64,000 nucleotides of DNA from a virus: the IMG/VR virus record IMGVR_UViG_3300021961_005592, positions 1 through 64,000 of that record. One strand, 5' to 3'. This document shows positions 38,685 through 48,372 of this stretch, in pieces. Positions within the stretch are counted from its first letter, which is position 1, and each line of letters opens with the position of its first letter. Position numbers and translations under genes: made by a program. The notes below the pieces were generated by a model. It was not told where the DNA came from. It did no database searches and saw only the letters and a program-made list of their open reading frames with translations.

Positions 38685-40739
38685 ATGGCATACGAAGTAA
38701 ATTATACTGACAATGTAAACAAGGGTGTTATTGTTGTTGAAGACGGTGCAATAAACACAGAAACTTCGTTGTCCTTTCCGGGCAGATCGAGTACCGCGTA
38801 TGGACAGATTATAGCAGAAAATTTCTTACATTTATTAGAAAATTTTGCTAATACTACTGCTCCATTAAGACCTGTTGAAGGACAGTTATGGTACGATAAC
38901 ACAGACGGTGTTGATCAGCTAAAAGTTTACGATGGAACTACTTGGGTAGCTGCCGGTGGCCTTAAAAAAGCAACGTCACAACCCGCAGTTTCAAATTCTG
39001 TAGCTGGAGATTTATGGGTTAACACTGATAGTCAACAACTGTATTTGTTTACAGGAACGTCGTGGCTACTAGTTGGTCCTAGCTTTTCGGATGGTTTGCT
39101 GACAGGTGCTCAATCTGAAGCTATTGTTGGAACCGACGATAACACGTATAGTGTATTAATTATTAAAGTTGAAGATAAACCAGTTGCAATTATTAGTACA
39201 CAGGAATTTATTCCTAAAAGTGCTATTCCAGGATTTAGAACAGGTATCAAGGCAGGTTTTAATATATCATCAACACCAATTATTGGTACTCAGTACCTAA
39301 AGTACTATGGGACAGCAGAAAAAGCTGAAGCACTAGTAATAGGTACAGAGCCAATTGCTGCTAGCAACTTTTTACGTGGTGATGTAGTATCGACTACTAG
39401 TTATCCGTTAAAAGTAAAGGCTAATGATGGTTTAGTGGTAGGCACAGGTGAACAGATAAACCTAAAACTAGTAGGAGAGGCTGGCGTTATTCAACATAAT
39501 ACCCCTGGTGCTAATTTTGATTTCGTGCTGCGTGAGGGCAGCACAAACTATACCGTTATGCGTATAGACAGTACACAAAAAGTTGGTATTAACAACACCG
39601 CTCCAGATGAAGATCTTGACGTGGTTGGTAATGTGCAGATTAGTTCAAAACCAACTGATTCAACTACTGGTGTTTTAAAAATAGAAAGCACGATTGAGTC
39701 TGATGATATTAATGCAGGTTCATTAATTGTAAAAGGCGGTGTCGGCATTGCTTTAAATGTAAACATTGGAGGCAATGTAGATGTTGGCGGCATTATTACA
39801 ACAGGGAATATTGTTCCAGATGGAAACAGTGTACGTAATATAGGAAACGCTTCGACAAAATATGATCAAGTTTATGCAACAACGTTTTATGGAAATTTAC
39901 AAGGAAATGTAAGCGGTACAGTAACTGGTCGTGCTGGAAGTGCAGACAAACTAGCAAGTGCTACAACATTTGGTATTAATGGTGATGTTGAAGCAAATAG
40001 TTTTGCTTTCGATGGACAGTCCGGTGGCTCAATTAAAACGTTTGATGTTAGGATTAGAAACAGTTTTATTTCAAATAAAGACGTTGTATATGATGTTGAT
40101 AACGCTGATGAAATATTAGTTAACAAAGTTATTGGTGAAACAGGACTCTATAGAGTTACAAAAAGAAACCTATTAAAATCAATTCCGCTAATTCCGGCTG
40201 GAGCAATTATGCCATTTGGCGGCATAGAAGCACCTGCAGGATGGTTATTATGTGACGGGTCTGAAGTTAGAAAATCTGATTACACAATTTTGTGGGAATC
40301 AATTGGGTTTAACTTTAGAGATGCTTCACTAATTAGTGACGGCGGCGTAAACTTTTTCTGTTTACCAGACCTAAGAGGAAGATTTGCTCTTGGTGCTGAT
40401 AATATGGGAGGACCTAGTGCAAACAGAGTAACTAGTTCAGCAGCTGATGCAGTAGGTAACAGTTCGGGTGAAGAAACAAAGACGATTGGTCTTGACAATT
40501 TACCGGAACATGAACACGATTTAGAAGGTCCAAGTGGTACACAGTATTATGCTATGCGAGTTGGAAGCGGTGAACCGCTTGACGAACAGGCTATTAATCT
40601 ACCAATTGAACCAGGACTAGGTGGGACACAAGGTCTTGCATCAAGTGGAGGTATTTCAACAGCTACTGAGTTGGGTGCTCCTTTAGATGTTATGAATCCT
40701 TACTTAGTAGTTAATTACATAATTTATACTGGACAATAA
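38685..40739 (+). CDS. Baseplate/short tail fibre protein with tail-collar domain
   Basis: Shared N-terminal module (ENFLHLLENFA..P.GQLWYD); C-terminal PAGAIMPFGG..PAGWLLCDG...PDLRGRF...MNPYLVVNYII tail-collar signature. Confidence 0.8.
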   Translation: MAYEVNYTDNVNKGVIVVEDGAINTETSLSFPGRSSTAYGQIIAENFLHLLENFANTTAPLRPVEGQLWYDNTDGVDQLKVYDGTTWVAAGGLKKATSQPAVSNSVAGDLWVNTDSQQLYLFTGTSWLLVGPSFSDGLLTGAQSEAIVGTDDNTYSVLIIKVEDKPVAIISTQEFIPKSAIPGFRTGIKAGFNISSTPIIGTQYLKYYGTAEKAEALVIGTEPIAASNFLRGDVVSTTSYPLKVKANDGLVVGTGEQINLKLVGEAGVIQHNTPGANFDFVLREGSTNYTVMRIDSTQKVGINNTAPDEDLDVVGNVQISSKPTDSTTGVLKIESTIESDDINAGSLIVKGGVGIALNVNIGGNVDVGGIITTGNIVPDGNSVRNIGNASTKYDQVYATTFYGNLQGNVSGTVTGRAGSADKLASATTFGINGDVEANSFAFDGQSGGSIKTFDVRIRNSFISNKDVVYDVDNADEILVNKVIGETGLYRVTKRNLLKSIPLIPAGAIMPFGGIEAPAGWLLCDGSEVRKSDYTILWESIGFNFRDASLISDGGVNFFCLPDLRGRFALGADNMGGPSANRVTSSAADAVGNSSGEETKTIGLDNLPEHEHDLEGPSGTQYYAMRVGSGEPLDEQAINLPIEPGLGGTQGLASSGGISTATELGAPLDVMNPYLVVNYIIYTGQ

Positions 40740-40740
40740 G

Positions 40741-42687
40741 ATGGCGTATCAATTAAACAGAACAAACGGAACAATTTTAACAGAGCTAATTGATGGTCAG
40801 ATTGATATACAAAGCACTAACCTTACCCTAGTAGGCAGAAACTACTCTGGATACGGTGAAGCCTTTAATGAAAATTTCATCAGACTGTTAGAAAACTTTG
40901 CTAATACCGCTGCTCCAAGCAACCCATTAACGGGTCAAATATGGTGGGATACTAGTGAAGAACGTTTGAAAGTTTATGATGGTACGATATGGAAAGCTAG
41001 TGGAGGTCCATACGTACAAGACAGTCGTCCTCAAATGGTTGCAGGCGATTTATGGATAGATAACTTAAACAACCAAGTTTATGCATACGACGGCGCTGAC
41101 ACTATTTTAATTGGTCCAGGTTATACACAGTCTCAAGGCAAAAGCGGATTTGAAGTTGTTAGTATATTAGATAATCAAAGTCGTTCTCGTACAATAGCAA
41201 AGTTTAATATTGGCGGAACACTAGTAGGAGTATTTAGTGCTGTACAATTTACACCAATCTATGCTGCTCGTATTACTGATTTAGTAACTGACGATAACCC
41301 AACAGGAATTATTTATGAAGGGTTTAATATAGTAAATTCTGCTACATTTAAATTCCACGGAATCGCTAACAGCTCTAATGCACTAGTAACCAATGCTGGA
41401 GAAATTAGAACTGCTGACCAGTTTTTACCTTCCGACTCAAACGGTATTACAGTTGGTACATTAACAATTCAAAACTCCGGCGGTTTAACAATAGGAACTT
41501 CGCAGAATAACGTACAAAAAGTTGTTGGTCCTCGTTTCTATATTGAAAACCAGCTTAGAGATCATGATATAAGTTTGCGTGTTAGATCTACCGTTTACGA
41601 ATCTCTTATTGTAGATGCGCTTTATATAGATGCAAGCGAAGCTAGGATAGGTATTTTTACAACTAATAGGCTTCCAGAATACACTCTTGATGTTGAAGGC
41701 GATTTACGAGTAACCGGAAATCTTTTAGTTGAAGGTGATACAACTACTATAGAAGTGGGCGTGTTAAGAGTTGAAGATAAAAATATTGAGCTTGGATCAC
41801 TTAACGATAGTTCAATAGGCGGAAATTCAGCAATAGACGACGGCGGCGTAATATTACTATCAAGCGACGGTAATAAGACGATTTTATGGAAAGAAGCAAC
41901 ACAGTCTTGGAAATTTAACCAAAATATTGATCTAGTAACAGACGATACATATTTAAAATATTATGCCATTCAAGGTGTTCCTAAATTAACAGAAGATTCG
42001 TTAATGAACGTCTTGTTTGCAACTGACTTAATTCAGGTTGGTCAGCTACAATTTTTAGATGTTGATCAAATTAATATCAACGACACTACAATTAAAGCAG
42101 GCACTGCTGTAGCACTAGGTGATGATAATGATAACTTGTTACCTTTAAATCTAATTTCAACAGCAGAAATTAATATTACAGCATCTGGGGCAATTACACT
42201 TGTAAATCCACAACAAATTAAAAATGTTACAGATCCGGTTGATGATCAGGACGCTGCAACTAAATTTTATGTAGACAGAGAAATTCTTACTACTCCAATT
42301 ACGTTCAGCTTAGATGTTACTGGTCTAGGATCAGGAACTGCATTAGAAAATGCAGTAGCAGGTTATTTGAACGATTTATACCCTGCTACCTCTGAAAACA
42401 GTGGAAAAATTGCAAGAATACACACAACTTCATACGCAGGAGCAACTGTAAGTGGCATCACTGTATCAGTATCTGAATATCCTGATACGACTGGTGTTTT
42501 GGTTAAGTCTAAAATTGGGGTAGATGCAAACGGCACACTAAATGAATCAGTAGTTGAAGATATAGTTTTTTCTAATACAGCATCAGGTGTTGCTGTATTA
42601 GCGCCTTCGAGGGCATTAATGGTATATGAAAGTAGCGGTTCTAGCTGGGTTTATCAGCCTTTAGACTCAATTGCAGTATATCCGTAA
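40741..42687 (+). CDS. Tail-fibre/baseplate protein paralogue
   Basis: Same N-terminal module as 38685 and 42731; LRVTGNLLVEG, VEDKNIELG and DPVDDQDAATKFYVD fibre motifs. Confidence 0.7.
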   Translation: MAYQLNRTNGTILTELIDGQIDIQSTNLTLVGRNYSGYGEAFNENFIRLLENFANTAAPSNPLTGQIWWDTSEERLKVYDGTIWKASGGPYVQDSRPQMVAGDLWIDNLNNQVYAYDGADTILIGPGYTQSQGKSGFEVVSILDNQSRSRTIAKFNIGGTLVGVFSAVQFTPIYAARITDLVTDDNPTGIIYEGFNIVNSATFKFHGIANSSNALVTNAGEIRTADQFLPSDSNGITVGTLTIQNSGGLTIGTSQNNVQKVVGPRFYIENQLRDHDISLRVRSTVYESLIVDALYIDASEARIGIFTTNRLPEYTLDVEGDLRVTGNLLVEGDTTTIEVGVLRVEDKNIELGSLNDSSIGGNSAIDDGGVILLSSDGNKTILWKEATQSWKFNQNIDLVTDDTYLKYYAIQGVPKLTEDSLMNVLFATDLIQVGQLQFLDVDQININDTTIKAGTAVALGDDNDNLLPLNLISTAEINITASGAITLVNPQQIKNVTDPVDDQDAATKFYVDREILTTPITFSLDVTGLGSGTALENAVAGYLNDLYPATSENSGKIARIHTTSYAGATVSGITVSVSEYPDTTGVLVKSKIGVDANGTLNESVVEDIVFSNTASGVAVLAPSRALMVYESSGSSWVYQPLDSIAVYP

Positions 42688-42692
42688 AATGC

Positions 42693-42700
42693 GATAAATA
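42693..42700 (+). promoter_or_regulatory. Late promoter GATAAATA
   Basis: Intergenic, upstream of an AGGGG RBS and ATG 42731. Confidence 0.6.
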
Positions 42701-42730
42701 ACTTAAAGCACTATTAGGGGTTAAACAAAA

Positions 42731-44224
42731 ATGGCTTATCAAATTGATAGATATAATAATACAACTTTAACAATAGTTGAAGATGGTACCGTAGATCAAA
42801 CCACAGACCTTAAATTTATAGGTAAAAACTATGCTGGTTACGGTGAAATTCAAAACGAAAACTTTCTGTTTTTGCTAGAAAACTTTAGTGGAGCCAATGC
42901 TCCGCCTAGAGCACTTAGCGGACAGTTGTGGTTTGATAGTGCAAATAGCAAACTAAAGTTTTATGATGGTACTCGATGGAGAACAACAGGTGGCTCTTCA
43001 GTACAAACACTAGAACCAACTGGTTTAACTGATGGCGATTTTTGGTGGGATAGTGCAAATGATCAGCTTTATGTATACAATGGTGCAAATTATGTACTAA
43101 TTGGTCCTCAAAACGCCGGCGAAGGCGTAACACAAATGATAAGTCTTGAGGTACTAGACAATACTGGAACTACAAGAAGTATTATAGCATCAACTATTGA
43201 AGACGAAGTTATATCCGTCATTAGTCCTTTAGAGTTTACCCTTAGCTCAAATGAGGTACTGTATGGACAGGGATTTGATAGAATTAAGAAAGGTGTTACA
43301 CTTGTTTGGACTAGAGCCAGCGATAACGGCATAACTAACTCAGCTGGATCGTCAGGTAAAGATTTTCGTTTTTGGGGAACTGCATCTAATGCAGACAAAC
43401 TAGGCGGCCTTGATGCATCAAACTATATTACTACACAAACCGGCGTTCCAACTGTGTTTACTACTTTAGTACAGTTTCCAGATAACGGAGTTTCTGTAGG
43501 TGATTCATTAGATTTTAAATTTTATGTTGAAAACGGTGACGAAGGCATTATTGAAAATCAAACTGGTATTGGCAGTGAGGTTAAATTTAAGACAACAGAT
43601 CAAGTAGGAACTGTTGTCCATTCTATAACAGTTAACCATACTGGGCTAGTTCCTGCTGCTGATAACACATTTAGTATAGGTACTGAAAGCCTTAGATTCG
43701 GTACTATAAATGCTGTTACTTTTACAGGTACATCTAATAAAGCAGAGTCGTTAAGAGTAGACTCTAACTACAGAACTGCAAGTGTTAGTGCAAATGCAAA
43801 TACCATAGTATGTAGAACTACATCTGGAGATATTGCAGCAAACTTGTTTCAAGGTATTGCTACACAAGCACGTTATGCTGACTTAGCTGAAAAGTATCTC
43901 ACAGACCAAGATTATCCAGTTGGTACAGTTGTCGCGGTAGGCGGTGAAGCAGAAGTTAGAGCAGCGAAAGTAAGTGACCTAGCAGTTGGTGTTATAAGTG
44001 ACAAGCCTGCATATTTAATGAATGCAGAGGCCGACGGACAAGCTGTTGCTCTAAAAGGTAGAGTGCCAGTAAGAATTTCTGGTCCTGTTTCAAAAGGAAT
44101 GCCAGTATATGCTTGGCAAGACGGTGTTGCTTCAACTATAGCATCGAACGGCTTAGTTGGCATTGCACTTGAGACAAATAACGAGGAAAGCGAGAAGTTA
44201 GTTGAATGCGTATTAAAGGTCTAA
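42731..44224 (+). CDS. Tail-fibre paralogue with C-terminal intramolecular-chaperone/autocleavage-like domain
   Basis: Shared N-terminal module; C-terminal ARYADLAEKY...GVISDKPAYLMN..VALKGRVPV motif. Confidence 0.7.
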   Translation: MAYQIDRYNNTTLTIVEDGTVDQTTDLKFIGKNYAGYGEIQNENFLFLLENFSGANAPPRALSGQLWFDSANSKLKFYDGTRWRTTGGSSVQTLEPTGLTDGDFWWDSANDQLYVYNGANYVLIGPQNAGEGVTQMISLEVLDNTGTTRSIIASTIEDEVISVISPLEFTLSSNEVLYGQGFDRIKKGVTLVWTRASDNGITNSAGSSGKDFRFWGTASNADKLGGLDASNYITTQTGVPTVFTTLVQFPDNGVSVGDSLDFKFYVENGDEGIIENQTGIGSEVKFKTTDQVGTVVHSITVNHTGLVPAADNTFSIGTESLRFGTINAVTFTGTSNKAESLRVDSNYRTASVSANANTIVCRTTSGDIAANLFQGIATQARYADLAEKYLTDQDYPVGTVVAVGGEAEVRAAKVSDLAVGVISDKPAYLMNAEADGQAVALKGRVPVRISGPVSKGMPVYAWQDGVASTIASNGLVGIALETNNEESEKLVECVLKV

Positions 44225-44233
44225 GGAACAAGC

Positions 44234-45184
44234 ATGGCAGACGTAAGTGCAGAACGACTTAATAATCTACAAGGTAGATTAGCACTAATACTCGGAAATG
44301 GTGCAGGTCAAAACGGATACGGTCAAACTTTAGAAAGTTATCCTGTTTCTAAGACAGATGGTAGCGTTATCCGAGCGGCTGACATTAATGCAATTTATGC
44401 TGACATGGTTAAAGTTAGAATACACCAAATAGGTACAAGTCCAACAGAAATTGCCGAACTAGTATCAAATCTAAATATTATTGCAGAAGAAACTAGTTTT
44501 TACATAAATGAACAAGGTATTAGCGTAACTGACGAGTACGGTGAGCTAAAAGGTATTTTAGATTACGAAGAATTGATGTCAGTAATTGAAGCTAATAAAA
44601 TGTTAGCAGCGAGTTCTCAGGTTACATTAGAGTCAGGAATAACTAGTTCACGAACAGCTCAATGGAACGGACTAATAACTCATGAATTTACAGTTAATTT
44701 TACAAATGGTGATCATAGACGGCACTTTTTTAACTCAGGCGGCTCTATAAGAATTTCTGGTTCTAATAGCGGCGCCAATGGAGAAAAGGGAAAAGACTGG
44801 AATCAGCTATTACTTAGAACAGGCGGAGTTACATTTAACTGGAATTCAACGGTGCCTGGAAATGAAGGCTCTGGCTCTCAAATAGGAAACTATGCATTAA
44901 CTTCCTCTTATCAAGAAATTTATAGGAAGCAAGGCTCTTCTATTGGCTCTACCTATTCTCAGCTTTATGGAAACAACCTTTATACTATCGAAGCTAGATC
45001 AGCAAGCACTAGTTCTATACAGTTTAAAGTAAAATTCAATGATCTTTCAACAGATTATAATCCCAGTGTTGACAATAACGTTGATGGAAGACTGTATAGT
45101 GTAGTACAACATACTAGAGCAGCTGGTTCTTCTACTGTTGACGTTCTTGCTCCTACTTACACAAATAACGTATCTCTTTCTTAA
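44234..45184 (+). CDS. Virion structural protein (paralogue 1)
   Basis: GYGQT, HEFTVNF...RRHFFNSGGSIRI, DW motifs shared with 45234..46223. Confidence 0.65.
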   Translation: MADVSAERLNNLQGRLALILGNGAGQNGYGQTLESYPVSKTDGSVIRAADINAIYADMVKVRIHQIGTSPTEIAELVSNLNIIAEETSFYINEQGISVTDEYGELKGILDYEELMSVIEANKMLAASSQVTLESGITSSRTAQWNGLITHEFTVNFTNGDHRRHFFNSGGSIRISGSNSGANGEKGKDWNQLLLRTGGVTFNWNSTVPGNEGSGSQIGNYALTSSYQEIYRKQGSSIGSTYSQLYGNNLYTIEARSASTSSIQFKVKFNDLSTDYNPSVDNNVDGRLYSVVQHTRAAGSSTVDVLAPTYTNNVSLS

Positions 45185-45204
45185 GAGATGCGGTCTTTAG
45201 AGTT

Positions 45205-45212
45205 AATAAATA
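45205..45212 (+). promoter_or_regulatory. Late promoter AATAAATA overlapping an RBS-sequestering hairpin
   Basis: Followed by stem TACTCTT (45211-45217)/AGGAGTA (45223-45229), which covers the GGAG RBS of 45234. Confidence 0.55.
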
Positions 45213-45233
45213 CTCTTAGGAGAGGAGTAAACT

Positions 45234-46223
45234 ATGCCAACAACGGTTACTGCAAGTAGATTCAATGCAATAAAAACTCGCATACAATCTGTTCTTGGCG
45301 CATCTACGACCGTTAGTCCAACCTTTGGTTACGGTCAAACAGTTAATACTCCTACAGTTGTCGGTAACTATAATACTAATACATCTAGTACAAGTAAAAT
45401 TGACGATCAGCAGTACCGAAATTTATATATTGATTTAGCTAGAGCAAGAATACATCAAGTTGGATCATCGGCTTTTTCACAAACACCGTTTGTTGTAGGC
45501 GACTTTGAAACTAATACTACAAATACTGATGTAGTTGAAGAAGCATATATTCTAGGTCTTGAAAGTTTAATGACACAAATAGAAACTGATAGATTTTTAA
45601 TACATGAATCTACGCAAGGTTCATTAGAAACTTTAAAAAATAGTGCTGGTTTTTCGCTACAAGGTTCTCGACTACAGTCTTCTAGCGGTACATGGAACAG
45701 GACTCTTTCTTATATTTTTACAGTAACATTTGCTGATGCAACATCTAGAAGAAACTTTTTTAATGCTGGCGGCCAAATTAGAATATCGGGTAATAGAGTA
45801 GCTACAACTTCTAGTAATTCTAAGTCGCTGGACTGGTCTAGCCTATTCAGTTCTGTGGGTAAAGTATCGTTTGCAGCAAACTCTGTATATAGCACAAATA
45901 GTTTTGGTTCTGGGTCAGTTTATGGTAATTACGATTTGATAAGCTCTTATAGAACAATATATACAGGAACATCTAGTGTCTATTCTGGAAACTATTTTAG
46001 AGTATATGCGCTAGAAAACTCAGCAACAGAGATACAATTTCGAGTATATTTTGCGGACGTACATAGTGAAAATATAGACGAACCTATATACGGTGATTTT
46101 TATGTTAATGTTGAGCTTCTTCGCCCTGAAGGAACAGCAACAGTAAATGGAGTGTCAACTAATACTGTTACTATTTCAACTCCTCCTGTCGGTTCAGCAG
46201 TAACCAATCTCATTCAAATTTAA
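45234..46223 (+). CDS. Virion structural protein (paralogue 2)
   Basis: GYGQT, FTVTF...RRNFFNAGGQIRI, DW motifs. Confidence 0.65.
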   Translation: MPTTVTASRFNAIKTRIQSVLGASTTVSPTFGYGQTVNTPTVVGNYNTNTSSTSKIDDQQYRNLYIDLARARIHQVGSSAFSQTPFVVGDFETNTTNTDVVEEAYILGLESLMTQIETDRFLIHESTQGSLETLKNSAGFSLQGSRLQSSSGTWNRTLSYIFTVTFADATSRRNFFNAGGQIRISGNRVATTSSNSKSLDWSSLFSSVGKVSFAANSVYSTNSFGSGSVYGNYDLISSYRTIYTGTSSVYSGNYFRVYALENSATEIQFRVYFADVHSENIDEPIYGDFYVNVELLRPEGTATVNGVSTNTVTISTPPVGSAVTNLIQI

Positions 46224-46224
46224 C

Positions 46225-46252
46225 TTGACTTCTTTGTCATTGGTGCTATAAT
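46225..46252 (+). promoter_or_regulatory. sigma70-type promoter heading the glycosylation island
   Basis: TTGACT-N16-TATAAT with extended -10 (TGc). Confidence 0.7.
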
Positions 46253-46324
46253 TTAAGCATAGTCGGATCTTCCTGTTCTCACGGAAGCACTTGCATATAT
46301 AAAATAAACATACAGGAGTTTTAT

Positions 46325-46687
46325 ATGGACGAACGCTTAGAAAAAGCTTTAAAGTTTAGCAATTTTATGGTAACGCTAAACAATCAAAAACGTATGCTTA
46401 AAGAAAAATATTATGAAGACTTGTTATATTTTTCAAATGGATGTCAGTTTTCTGTAACAAAGGAATTAATCACATTTGTTGGACTGTTAATTGACAAAGG
46501 CAACGATACAGATATTGTACTTACTGACGATAACGATATCCCTGCTAAGATTTCCGATCTAACCAAATTTTATGATAACATTCTAGACTTATACTTTAGT
46601 GCAGCCAATGAGTATTTTACAAATTACGAAAAATTAAAACAAAGTAGGAAAATAGAGTCGCTGGTAGATTATGACGAAGCAAACTAA
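46325..46687 (+). CDS. Hypothetical phage protein
   Basis: 120 aa; AGGAG RBS; overlaps the next gene. Confidence 0.7.
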   Translation: MDERLEKALKFSNFMVTLNNQKRMLKEKYYEDLLYFSNGCQFSVTKELITFVGLLIDKGNDTDIVLTDDNDIPAKISDLTKFYDNILDLYFSAANEYFTNYEKLKQSRKIESLVDYDEAN

Positions 46688-47534
46688 AGGCGTAATTGTT
46701 TTTGCTCGCAATAACGGTCAGCTTGATTACGTTAAGCAGGCAGTGTTTTTTGCTAAACGAGTAAAAGAATATCTAGGATTACCGGTATCTATAATTACAG
46801 ACAGTACTGACTATCTAGTATCTAGTTTTGACTTTAGTTTATTTGATAAAATAATTACAGTTGACTACCAAGAAACACGTAATAATAGAGCATACTTTGA
46901 CGGATCTTTATATCATAAAACAGCCCCATTCAAAAACGATATGCGTGACGGAGTATACGATATGTCTCCATATGACGAAACGTTGCTAATGGATGTTGAC
47001 TATATTGTATCTAACAACACTCTATTAAAATGTTTTGACTCTCAGCACAATTTAATGTTGTACAAAGAGTCAAGCGATATTTCAGATTGGCGTGACGCTA
47101 GAGAATTTAATTATATAAGCGATTATACTGTTGACTTTTATTGGGCTACAGTAGTATTTTTTAGAAAAACTCCTGAAAATGAAGTGTTTTTTAGCCTAGT
47201 TAAACATATTAAAGAAAATTGGCATCATTATAGACGAGTTTACCAAATTAAATCAGGATTGTTTAGAAATGATTTTGCATTTAGCATTGCTGTTCATATC
47301 ATGAATGGCTTTAACAAAGGTACATTTGTTGCTCCTTTACCAGGCAAGCATTATTATTCATCTGACAGGGATGTCTTACAAAATATTGACGGAGATAAAA
47401 TAGTTTTGTTAGTAGAAAAAAAAGACTATCTCGGAGAATACACACTAATAAAAGCCAATAAACAGAATATCCATATTATGAACAAATTTAGTCTAGAGCG
47501 TATAATTGACAAGTTAGGAGCAAGCAATGGATAA
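46671..47534 (+). CDS. GT-A fold glycosyltransferase (GT8-like)
   Basis: SPYDETLLMDVD (DxD), WATVVFFRK, RNDFAFSIA, HIMNK. Confidence 0.7.
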   Translation: MTKQTKGVIVFARNNGQLDYVKQAVFFAKRVKEYLGLPVSIITDSTDYLVSSFDFSLFDKIITVDYQETRNNRAYFDGSLYHKTAPFKNDMRDGVYDMSPYDETLLMDVDYIVSNNTLLKCFDSQHNLMLYKESSDISDWRDAREFNYISDYTVDFYWATVVFFRKTPENEVFFSLVKHIKENWHHYRRVYQIKSGLFRNDFAFSIAVHIMNGFNKGTFVAPLPGKHYYSSDRDVLQNIDGDKIVLLVEKKDYLGEYTLIKANKQNIHIMNKFSLERIIDKLGASNG

Positions 47535-48372
47535 AACTAGAGGTGTAGTAGTACTTGCTCAAAACACCGATGAACATGATTATGTTCTACAAGCCTGTTT
47601 GCTAGCAATGAGTCTAAAAGTTACAAATCCAACTACGCTTATAAGCGTTGTAACAAATAACACAGTTAACGAAGAATACATAAATTTGTTTGACCAAATT
47701 ATTCCAATACCGTTTGAAGATGATGCAGCTGATAGCAATTGGAAAATTGAAAATAGATGGAAAATCTATTATGCAAGCCCGTATGATCAAACCTTAGTTC
47801 TTGATACAGATATGCTAGTGCTACAAGATATATCTAGTTGGTGGAAATTCCTATCAAATTATGAATTATTTTTCACTAGTAAAGTTTTTACCTATAGAAA
47901 CGAAGAGATATCTAGCGATTATTATCGAAAGACATTTACAGCAAACAACTTGCCTAACTTATACAGTGGTCTTCATTACTTTGAAAAGAGTAAATTTGCA
48001 ATTGAATTTTACAAATGGCTAGAACTAGTAATGCAAAACTGGCAATTGTTTTACGGATCTTATGCAAAGGAATTTTATCCTAAACGTCCTAGTATTGACG
48101 TGAGCGCAGCAATTGTAGCTAAACTTTTAGACTGCGATGCTAAGATTACTAACAAGATTAGTAGTTTTCCAACATTTACTCATATGAAACCATATGTTCA
48201 AAATTGGTCTGAACCTAGGAACCGATGGCAAGATTGCGTTGGTACTTACATAACTAGAGATTGTAAAATCAAAATAGGAAACTACGAGCAGCTTGGAATA
48301 TTACATTATACGGAAAACGATTTTGTAACACCTGAAATAATTGAACGTTATAGGAATTATTTAAATGTCTAA
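47527..48372 (+). CDS. GT-A fold glycosyltransferase (GT8-like) paralogue
   Basis: ENRWK..ASPYDQTLVLDTD (DxD), NLYSGLHYF, FTHMK, LHY. Confidence 0.7.
   Translation: MDKTRGVVVLAQNTDEHDYVLQACLLAMSLKVTNPTTLISVVTNNTVNEEYINLFDQIIPIPFEDDAADSNWKIENRWKIYYASPYDQTLVLDTDMLVLQDISSWWKFLSNYELFFTSKVFTYRNEEISSDYYRKTFTANNLPNLYSGLHYFEKSKFAIEFYKWLELVMQNWQLFYGSYAKEFYPKRPSIDVSAAIVAKLLDCDAKITNKISSFPTFTHMKPYVQNWSEPRNRWQDCVGTYITRDCKIKIGNYEQLGILHYTENDFVTPEIIERYRNYLNV

Noticed and set aside
11889-45895. Numerous 60-120 aa minus-strand or off-frame ORFs inside structural genes
   Set aside because: Fully nested in long, well-supported + strand genes, with no recognisable motifs.
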